From contig NW_014577061.1 of assembly GCF_000485595.1 (NCBI RefSeq), forward strand, positions 431,644 through 470,012: a stretch of 38,369 nucleotides of DNA. Reading direction: 5' to 3'. A program made the position numbers and the translations under genes. The stretch comes from Priapulus caudatus (lineage: Eukaryota). Positions 1-8,817 of this stretch are shown piece after piece (within the stretch, counting starts at the first letter, position 1; every line of letters begins with the position of its first letter). The notes below the pieces were generated by a model. The model saw only the letters and a list, made by a program, of their open reading frames with translations. It was not told the origin of the DNA and made no database searches.

Positions 1-80
1 ACTCTAACTCTATCTCTAACTCTAACTCTAACTCTAACTCTATCTCTATATCTGTATCTATCTATCTATCTATCTATCTC
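1..80. repeat. (ACTCTA)n followed by (TATC)n microsatellite
   Basis: Tandem units directly visible. Confidence 0.9.
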
Positions 81-511
81 GCCTCTCCTCTCTTGCTTTC
101 AGACTCTCCATCTTTCGCGCGCAGTAGTAATTAGACAGAATTTAATTAGTTGCAGCAACGAACAAAAGTGAGAGCAAAATTGATAACAGACGCTGTGATA
201 ATCAGAATGCATCATTATAACGTTTACCCTCGAGGCTTTATACGTCCGGCTCTGTTATTTTGACATCGAGCGTTATTATTACCGCCTCGCCTTCGTTGAT
301 GCAGTCGCCACTGCGGCAGCTTCTTCCCTGCCTTCTGCCACTTTATAACGCCGCCGATGTCAAGCAGGTGATAAAGGCGTGCGTCACGCGCCACACGCGT
401 GTGATCTCTGGCTTTTTAGTTTTGACGAGAGGTAGTTGGGTGCAGTGATGTGGTGCCTGCGGGGCACACGCGCAGCCATGCACCTGACTGACATCACGCG
501 TGTGTCAGCAT

Positions 512-555
512 CAAGAGTAAGATAATAACCGTATAAGGTTATTATCTTACACTTG
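512..555. mobile_element. 44-bp palindromic element with 8-bp TSD; P-superfamily-like footprint or micro-MITE
   Basis: Arms CAAGAGTAAGATAATAACC (512-530) and GGTTATTATCTTACACTTG (537-555) are inverted with 1 mismatch around a 6-nt spacer. A perfect direct repeat GTCAGCAT flanks it at 504-511 and 556-563. Confidence 0.85.
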
Positions 556-834
556 GTCAGCATGCGTCGGCGTGTGTTATCGTCTAGTAGATGTCGGCCA
601 TGACAGCAGCGCCTATACGTATACGCTGCACCTACCTCTAGTTCTAGAGCTACGCTGCACCGTGCCAGCCGACTGACTGACTACCCCGAGTTCACGTAGT
701 ACGGCCGCGGGAGCGCAAATTTCCACGCGTGTAAACCGTTGTTATTATACGCGCCGTGGAGGTTTTATAATTTATACGACTGCGCCTGTTTACGAGCCGC
801 TGGCTGTGCATTGCCCCCAGCGTGCACCGATACG

Positions 835-835
<1 letters not shown>

Positions 836-879
<44 letters not shown>
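836..879. repeat. (CTG)n microsatellite, about 14 units
   Basis: Directly visible. Confidence 0.95.
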
Positions 880-1147
880 GTGGGAAAACCAGTGTGGCAC
901 GGATGCTTGCTTGATTCACGAGACCGTGATGAGGCACGCAGGCATTCATGATTTCATCTCGCCGCTAATGTGGCGTGGAATTTCGCGGATATAGACTCTG
1001 TAACGGCGCCCTTGGCGGCTTGACTGCTGCATGTATCTACCATTTATATTCCGATGATATGTGGAGTGGTTACACGTAGAGTGGGTCATGTGTAAAAGTC
1101 AAAGTGCAGTATCTGCCTTATCTATTATCTGGGTCAACCTAAGGGGT

Positions 1148-1635
1148 NNNNNNNNNNNNNNNNNNNNNNNNNNNNNNNNNNNNNNNNNNNNNNNNNNNNN
1201 NNNNNNNNNNNNNNNNNNNNNNNNNNNNNNNNNNNNNNNNNNNNNNNNNNNNNNNNNNNNNNNNNNNNNNNNNNNNNNNNNNNNNNNNNNNNNNNNNNNN
1301 NNNNNNNNNNNNNNNNNNNNNNNNNNNNNNNNNNNNNNNNNNNNNNNNNNNNNNNNNNNNNNNNNNNNNNNNNNNNNNNNNNNNNNNNNNNNNNNNNNNN
1401 NNNNNNNNNNNNNNNNNNNNNNNNNNNNNNNNNNNNNNNNNNNNNNNNNNNNNNNNNNNNNNNNNNNNNNNNNNNNNNNNNNNNNNNNNNNNNNNNNNNN
1501 NNNNNNNNNNNNNNNNNNNNNNNNNNNNNNNNNNNNNNNNNNNNNNNNNNNNNNNNNNNNNNNNNNNNNNNNNNNNNNNNNNNNNNNNNNNNNNNNNNNN
1601 NNNNNNNNNNNNNNNNNNNNNNNNNNNNNNNNNNN
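1148..1635. other. Assembly gap (N run), probably hiding the ~50-bp minisatellite
   Basis: N run. Sequence resuming at 1636 matches 19302 onward, which directly follows the ~50-bp array. Confidence 0.9.
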
Positions 1636-1908
1636 GCCTCGTACCTGCATTTCCTTTGCAATTCCTTTGCGAATGATGGCTGCAATTCCTTTGCGAATTG
1701 CGTGTGCGCGGTTTTCCCGTCGTCATCTTGCGCGAACACGCGAAAGCACTTGTGTGTGACGGAGTAGTTATAGCGAGAGCGAGTGCGATTAATATTTCAC
1801 AGCACGCGGAACTGCAGACGGGCAACCGCGTTATTGCGCACAGCGCTCACTCGCTGTCTTTGTCTCTCTCTCTCTCTCTCTTCTCTATATCGCCCCCTCT
1901 CTGTCTGC

Positions 1909-1962
<54 letters not shown>

Positions 1963-2355
1963 ACTCCCTCCGCGCTCCTTACCTCACGCCGTCCCTCCCT
2001 TCTCCCTCTCACTCTCTCCCTTCTTTCCCCCTCCCTCTCTCCTTTCCTTCCCCCACACTGTCCCCTTTCCCTCCTCCTCCCCTTCCTCTCTCCCTTCCCT
2101 CCTCCCCATCTCCCTCTCTCCCGTCTTCCCTCTATGCAGCCCCCGGTGTGACGCAGAGGGATTCCGTAAAAGCATTTATCGGATGATCACATATCATCGT
2201 TACTGTCGTCGTTGTCGTAGGCGAACGAGCAAACTATTTCGAAAAGTTTCGTTTTACCTTCCTTCTCGCACTCTATGTACAATATAAACTTTGGACAACT
2301 GAAACGTCGATGTCTGGGATTCGGCGCGAAATAAAGAGGTTGCGTTCAATCCTCC
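1636..2355 (+). repeat. Dispersed repeat, copy 1 (direct copy of 19302-20085), with CT microsatellite and pyrimidine tract
   Basis: Near-identical to 19302-20085 from GCCTCGTACCTGCATTTCC to TTCAATCCTCC, after which the two diverge. Confidence 0.92.
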
Positions 2356-2431
2356 ACAAAATGACAGTGTCAAAATGTGACAGTGTCAATGACAATCTTC
2401 AAAATGACAAATTTGTCATTGTTCACTCCTG
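2356..2431. mobile_element. One-armed P/Galileo-like terminus preceded by reiterated AATGACA/TGTCA pieces
   Basis: The 20-nt right arm TTTGTCATTGTTCACTCCTG (2412-2431) matches the arms at 4070-4089, 8045-8064 and 31712-31731. No complete left arm or TSD. Confidence 0.6.
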
Positions 2432-2857
2432 ATATTGGACGATGAGTATGAGTGTAGGTGGAATAACAAGGGGAAGTGCTACTCCACTAGTGCGGAGAGT
2501 GTCGACTGTTTGTCGGTGGGTTGACGTCATTTACGATGAGGTCTATGAAACAGCGGTGGATTGGAGAGTGCTTCATGCTACGTTTTACCAGCCCGGTCAC
2601 ATAATACACACGTGCACTCGATGCCGAGTGGAGTGTAGTCACCGCTTTAATTAGCTTTTGTATGCAAATACTGTACGCGATCGTGTTGTTGCGAGGCTAC
2701 ATGTAGATTATGGCAACTCTGTGTGCACTGTAATGTCTGATATATCAGAATTTAGAAGCTTTTAGAGTGTCAGGAGTAGAAAACCTATGACCTATGAACC
2801 AATTTTTCTAGATGCAGCGCCCCCATACGGTTGTTATGATCGTTAAATTTGTTTTAA

Positions 2858-3169
2858 AGTGATTACGTCACCGTAAATAGTAAAAAATAAAAATGAAATT
2901 TCTACTTTTTCACAAAATATAAGTAATTCTGTTAACATTTTATGGTTAAATTGCTGCATTATATTTCCTATTTCACTATATTGTTCAATGTGAACATACA
3001 TTCGTGACCCATACATAGCCCATAGCAAGCAATTAATGTTGAGAACATTAATTCAAATCGTCAAGAATTTGACGATTTGTTTAGTCCCGTTAGTTCTTAC
3101 TTTTAATGTAAAAAAATGGAATTTTTTTTTTTACAAATTTTACCATAGAAAATTCGTGACGTAGTCTCT
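2858..3169. mobile_element. Kolobok-type non-autonomous DNA transposon (MITE), 312 bp
   Basis: TTAA at 2854-2857 and 3170-3173. TIRs AGTGATTACGTCAC / GTGACGTAGTCTCT match 12/14. A TTAA TSD with RR termini is the Kolobok signature; piggyBac elements start with CC. Confidence 0.75.
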
Positions 3170-3248
3170 TTAAGCACCGTATTGGCAAGTGTTGCGCTTT
3201 ACTGACAACCACGCGTAAATGTGTGAAGAGATGGTAATCAGTTTTCGA

Positions 3249-3305
3249 CCGACGACGACGACGACGACGGTGATGGTGACGATGCCGACGATGACCATGA
3301 CCACG
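3249..3305. repeat. (GAC)n/(GAT)n degenerate trinucleotide repeat
   Basis: Directly visible. Confidence 0.8.
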
Positions 3306-4047
3306 AAATGGTGCTCTTTGACTAATACTGTGCTTTACTCGCCTACTTTAAACGATGGTGCATTCAGAAACGAGTTTTGAGTTGGATGTTTTTTAAGGCT
3401 AACGCTTCTTCGTTTTCGTTAACACTGTAAGTGTAAGCGGTTAGCGCACGCGATCTGGGCTAGAATCCGAGACAGCTGGTATGCATTAGTCTCACACATC
3501 TTTGGCCAATTAACAGCATACCATGCGGTTCTTTGGAGAGCAAAATATGTTTTATTAGACGCATTTTCCAGATTTAGGGGCTGACGGTAGTATAAGCCGT
3601 AGTACTACTACTAGTAGTAGTAGTTGGAGTAACCTTGGAGGAAAATATGGGCCGTGACTTTATCATATGGTTGCCATTAATAGTGCTTCTAAGTTCTAGC
3701 AGAGTCTGTACTACAAACTTTAGGATACGTACCGAGTCCTTGTCTTACAAATCGCTTGCCGTTGAGCACGACTGCTTGCTGTGGCTCAGACTTCGTGAAT
3801 TGTGTAATAACACATCGATGCAGATTTTTATCGTCTGTCTTAGCAGTAACGAGCGGTCACAATGAATCGTCATTTTGGCGTGGCCAGCAAGATAACCCGT
3901 AGACTCGTTGTCAAATTACTGCCTGTGCGCATTGGCCAGCATTACCTTGGTGTCAAAAAAAGCATTTTCATTCGCCGTCTGTCTCAATGTGATACGGAAG
4001 AGAACGAATATATTTATAGGCAAAAATATGGCAGGTATTCGTATTTC

Positions 4048-4089
4048 CATGAGTGAATAATGACAAATTTTTGTCATCATTAACCCTTG
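4048..4089. mobile_element. 42-bp palindromic element with 7-bp TSD; P/Galileo-like footprint or micro-MITE
   Basis: 20-nt arms CATGAGTGAATAATGACAAA / TTTGTCATCATTAACCCTTG match 16/20. Flanks are GTATTTC (4041-4047) and GTATTAC (4090-4096). Confidence 0.8.
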
Positions 4090-4568
4090 GTATTACTCGG
4101 TGAAAGCGCGGTTACTTACGTGTTCCCTAGCACGCGTGTTCGCTTCGTGACAATGTTATAACGAGGTGTGTCATTCATCACTAGATGCGCATGTCGTTAT
4201 TCTTTGGATTCCGCATGAAAAATGTCGAAAGAAAATAATGAAGGGAGTGTACACGGGAATCAATATTTCCACTTCGTTCGCGACCGGCTATATTTGTAAT
4301 TTAAGTGGGATAATAATGCGTTCTCGGTCGCGGGCGAATCTTTCAGAATTACGGTGAAATGTTTTGAAATCTTGACGTAATCCAAAATTCCAAGCACTGT
4401 CTTCAGAGTGCCATATGAGCCGTGTTGTAAGAATGAAGGTAGATGTAGTTTAATAAAGTATTTTTACTGTTTATAATCCGATCGCTGTCCTAAGACAGGT
4501 TTTCATCAACTGGCAATCACCAGAAGTTATTATGATCAACAACTCACTGTTCGAACAGATTTCCACCA

Positions 4569-4888
4569 TGTAGCATGGAAATTTAAATAAAATGCAATAT
4601 ATCTAAATTACACAGCGTAAAACATCTCATCTATATCACATCACACTCTATGCATTATCACCCCGTTAATTGAATTTTATTCGTGTTAAAAGAAACACGA
4701 CATTATGAGTCGAATTTCCGCGGCCTGGACATATCCGTCTTAGCATACACCAGCTGTCAATCATGTGATTGTTCGGTGGAAAATTATGTATGCATGTAAT
4801 TATGTAATTTCGAATTTTCGTTAGCAGCGTTAGCTGTCTAACAACCGGTACACGCATTCGCGAGTGAAATCAGAATTTCCATGCTGCA
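4569..4888. mobile_element. Putative MITE with 15-bp TIRs, superfamily unassigned
   Basis: TGTAGCATGGAAATT (4569-4583) and AATTTCCATGCTGCA (4874-4888) are inverted 14/15. No clear TSD. Confidence 0.5.
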
Positions 4889-6237
4889 GAAATGTTAAGT
4901 CTTCGCGTCGCGTCGTTGTTAGGTCGAGGCAAAAAATTGGATCTTGGAAAGACGATAGTGACGTGCTTTCAAGAGGTTTCGTGAATGTTTAAGATGTTAA
5001 TCGTGCGTAATATTATGTTTAAAAAACAGTTATTAACCTTAAATGGCTAACAAACATGTGAGGGTCGACGTTGCGACGTTGCGACGTTGTCTACGAAGTC
5101 ACGTTGAACCCTAATATCGCCGGTAGATTGTAGCATTTTATACACAATTTATTGATCGAACGTGGTCGCTGATGAAAGGGAGCGAGTGTAGAGACAGCGT
5201 CAACATTGCGCAATAGAGCGCATCTATAATGTTTTATCATACTGCAATAAAGCTGTAATGGCAGCGTCCGTATTCGTTGCCTTGTTTGGTGGCGATTTAT
5301 AACACGTATAGCACGCAGCGCTAAAGCCGGAGTCATAGTTTATGGTGCTCTGCAGGGCGAGTAGTGTGCGGCACGCGCGTGTATGTGGCGTGAGATCCGT
5401 CACGGGGGATTCTGCCTGCCTGCATGTGGTTGCCACGTGAGCGCCATCCTCCTTCACTGCGGCGGTGATTTCGATCATTCTTCACATGCGGTCCCCTCCT
5501 GCTTCTCCTCTTTCACGTTGGTCGCGTGCGGCAGCAGAAGCGCAGTTACAGAAGCCCATTGAGGAGGATTCGGAGGCTGAGCGATGCGAGGCGCGCGTGT
5601 TTTGTGGCGCCAGGCAGTAGTGGCGTGGGTGTGTAGTAGTTATTTATGCAATTTTTTTCATTAAAGCAGTTATCGTGCAACATCGGAGTGCGTGCAGCGA
5701 CGCATGAGGCAGAACGTATGTTTCGCGGAAGCATTTAGCCGAACGCGTGCGCGTTAGTATGCGATGTAAATGCAATTTTCTTAATAATATTGACTAATAA
5801 CATTTTACTCTACTCATTATTTCTCTGTTCTTTGAAACGGCTTAAGTGCCTACACACGTTTGCACCCCTGCATGGCGTCTCAGTACCTACTCCCCATACC
5901 ATAGTAGTTTATATATATAATTTCAAATAATAAAGCTACAAAGCTCGATGGCCGGTATTTATACGAAGAGCGTTGTGAAAGACGCGTTCGAAATTGATAT
6001 CGAGTTCGGTAATGGTTCAGCTACAAATTTAAATGTCAAGAGCTGTTGTGCGAGAGTTTCTAAGTGGTACATGTTCGACCGCGGGATGCGCTGCTGCTGC
6101 GAGCAGGCAGGCGTATATATCATAGGTCGATGCCGTGGATGGACATTGAACCTTGTAGCTCTGTATCGATTTTCTCACTACATCCAGCAGATCCGTACCT
6201 GTCTGTAGTCGTCGTCAACATTCGTCTGTCTCTAAAC

Positions 6238-6422
6238 CAGTGGTTCTTAACTTTTTTTTGAGTCATGGGCTCTTTTGAGAATCTGGTGAACGCTACGGAC
6301 CCCTCCCCAGAAAAATGTACATGCATGAGCACATAAACACACAAGTTTGCATACAATGGGGTTCACGGAGGGGAAGCCTATCCACGGACCCCAAAGAGGT
6401 TTATGGACCACAGGTCCCCTTG
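6238..6422 (+). mobile_element. hAT-Charlie non-autonomous element (Charlie4z-like), 185 bp
   Basis: Perfect 8-bp TSD CTCTAAAC at 6230-6237 and 6423-6430, fitting the Charlie NTCTAGAN-type target. The left end is CAGTGGTTCTTAAC, with internal GGACCCC repeats and a partly deleted right TIR (CAGGT..CCCTTG). The subfamily name is from memory of the consensus. Confidence 0.88.
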
Positions 6423-6444
6423 CTCTAAACCGTCCCAGTTTCTC

Positions 6445-6760
6445 GTCTCTGCGTCGCCGTTCTCTTCGCTTTCAGCCTCAAAATCGTCGTCTGCCTTGCG
6501 ACGTATTCTCTCATATCATGCCCTCCTCAATTTTCGTCACTCTCTGCCTCTCCATTTTCTTTTCTATCCCCATCAATTGTCCGAACTGGTCGTAGCTGCT
6601 TCTCAATTTCCTTCTTTGTCACCATCGTTTGGACCCCAACTCCATTATTTCCCGGATGCGCTCAACCTCCCAGTTATCCTTTCTGTCATTCTGACCTCTC
6701 CGTCTTCTGGTCTCCAGGTCTTCTCTTCGACTCGCATCTCATTTTACCACATTATCTTGC
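6445..6760 (-). mobile_element. Highly degraded RTE-clade LINE, C-terminal ORF fragment
   Basis: Minus-strand translation, with stops and a frameshift, gives TERIT..EVERIREIM..QRRKLR....FGQLM..KIEEGMI*ENTSQGRRR. This resembles the RTE C-terminal motif series WT.R.TNEEV..RRKL..FGH.MR..EG..EG.R.RGR.R. Confidence 0.4.
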
Positions 6761-7320
6761 CGCACTGGTCGTGCAGGCTCCTATATAATAAACATGACAC
6801 CCTCGGGTAGTCTTGCAAGATATTCGTTCGAAGTGACTGCTGATAGCAGTAGTTTGCTAGCTAGTAGTTGATCAGTTGTTAAAGTTGCCGATGCGCTACT
6901 AAGCGCCAATTTAAACTCGTGTATTTGTCAGCCTCTGTGGAGACACGCACGTGTGCGTCACGCACCCCGATCCATCTCAATTTGGCAGATTCTTCCTGTC
7001 ATTTATCCTCCGGCTGATAACTTTGGTTGACCGTGTTAGTGAACTGTCCTTTCTGTCTGCATGGTCAGATTAAGCCGCGTCATGATCAGCATTGTCCACA
7101 AATATCATTCATTCTCAGAAAGTAAACCTACGTGGACTTCTAATTCTAATTGTCCGGCAAAACGCTGCGTGCGAAATCGGGTGCGTTTCGTAGCAAAGAG
7201 GTGAGATAACACTATACTACAATTCTCTTCTTTTTTTTCTCTTCGCAGAGGTATCGCTGCCCACACTAGCTAGCTCACCCCAGCTATGTTATATAACTGA
7301 TGATCATGAGCGGTTCATTC

Positions 7321-7353
7321 TATATATATATATATATTATATATATATATATA
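7321..7353. repeat. (TA)n microsatellite
   Basis: Directly visible. Confidence 0.9.
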
Positions 7354-7391
7354 CCAGGGCGTATGTATATGTAATACTTAATACGCTCTTG
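7354..7391. mobile_element. 38-bp palindromic element of the CAAGAGCGTATT family, inserted in a TA run
   Basis: CCAGGGCGTAT...ATACGCTCTTG is inverted 9/11. The right arm is nearly identical to 17990-18004. It is flanked by TA repeats, so the TSD is uninformative. Confidence 0.6.
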
Positions 7392-7581
7392 TATATATGC
7401 GTGTGTGTATGTGTTTACTCGTGCGGGCTCATGCATGCATGCACGTTCATGCGCGTGCGTATGTGAACGTGATCTCTGTCGGCTCTTGTTTGTTTTGCAG
7501 AGCCCTTCTATGTAGATGACACATTCATTAGCATTCCCTGTACATATTGAACAGAAAAATAACGTTACTACGGTTACGTAC

Positions 7582-7892
7582 TCTACACGCTGTACGGTGC
7601 GTGCCATTCAGGTCTGCGGCTGCGATATTATCGTGGTTATAGTAAGAGAAGCATCCCCGGCCACACACGAAATCAATGATGTGGAGATAACCCGATCTTA
7701 GAAGCAATCGGAATATATTAATCTTTATCTACACGTTGCCGAACGTACAGTGCGTGCCATTCAGCTTTCCGGCTGCGGTTTTATCGTCGTTGTATAGAAA
7801 AGCACCCTCCCACACACACACACACACACACACACGCGAAATCAAAGATGTGGCGATAAACATCTTAGAAGCAATCCGAATATATTAATCTT
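7582..7892 (+). repeat. Diverged tandem duplication, two units of about 145 and 165 bp
   Basis: 7582-7725 and 7728-7892 share TCTACACG..GTGCGTGCCATTCAG..GAAATCAA.GATGTGG..ATCTTAGAAGCAATC.GAATATATTAATCTT. The second unit has an expanded (CA)n. Confidence 0.9.
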
Positions 7893-8037
7893 GTTGACAC
7901 CGTTACTCATGAGCAGCAACAGCGACGCTCGTCGAATGCTAATGAGAACTGGCAAGCGAGCTAACGTACGGAAGCCGAGCGTAAATGACTGCTGGTGTCG
8001 GACTGGCTGTGATGGGATCTAGTTCCTGGAATAGTAC

Positions 8038-8064
8038 GGGGGGATTTGTCATTATTCACCCGTG
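8038..8064. mobile_element. One-armed P/Galileo-like footprint
   Basis: 20-nt right arm TTTGTCATTATTCACCCGTG (8045-8064). Flanks ATAGTAC (8031-8037) and ATAGTGT (8065-8071) match 5/7. A G run replaces the left arm. Confidence 0.6.
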
Positions 8065-8699
8065 ATAGTGTGTATTGAAATCGCATTGGGCTGACCAGTG
8101 GCGTGCCCTCGCAGTAGAGCGGTGGAGTCTAGGGTAGGGTAGTCGTGACGCATCCCCCGTGGTACAGTCATCGAAGGTCTTATAACTGTCACCAGCAACA
8201 GCGCCGCTGAGTCCGGAAAATCCTCGGTGATGTTGACAAAGCTTTGCGTCTCGTACGTGAGTCTGTTCCTGCGTGGTTTCACGAATCCCTGCTGTGAGGG
8301 TCGCTTACCGTGAGCCGGATGCTGCTGCAGGGTAACCCCGGGTCACCACTCCGAACTCGTGTTCCTCCTCCCCTCCCCCTCCCACTCCGGACAATATCGA
8401 CTGCAGATACTGCCGATGCTCCCTCCACACACACGTATACACGCATCGCATTAAATTCTTGCCACATCATGGGTTTGTTTGCGTTCCTTGGAATGGCAGT
8501 TTCCATGGTAATGGGTCCGGGGGAGGAGAATGATGCGTCGCGCACGTCAGCGCGTGATCATGAACTCTGTGTGCGGAATATGATGATGATGATGCCGGGA
8601 CCCGCTATTGTGCTGCTGAAATTTGATTATTGCCGTGTTCGCCATTCTCTTGTACCGCCGGCTTCGAACGATACGAGCATTGTATCCTGTTATACACCA

Positions 8700-8817
8700 C
8701 GTACGCACGCAAGCACGCACGCACGCACGCACGCACACACGCACACACGCACACACGCACACGCACACGCGCACGTGCACGCACACGCACGCACACGCAC
8801 ACCCACACGCACACGCA
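8700..8817. repeat. (GCAC)n/(CA)n compound microsatellite
   Basis: Directly visible. Confidence 0.9.

Noticed and set aside
692..994. PolyA, polyC, polyS or polyQ ORFs
   Set aside because: They are products of the (CTG)n microsatellite with short unrecognisable flanks.
1061..1825. ORFs spanning N gaps (also 24288-25253 and 36189-37489)
   Set aside because: They are open only because of Ns and microsatellites.
2771..2814. CAGGAGTAGAAAA...TTTTCTA as another footprint
   Set aside because: The right terminus and TSD are missing.
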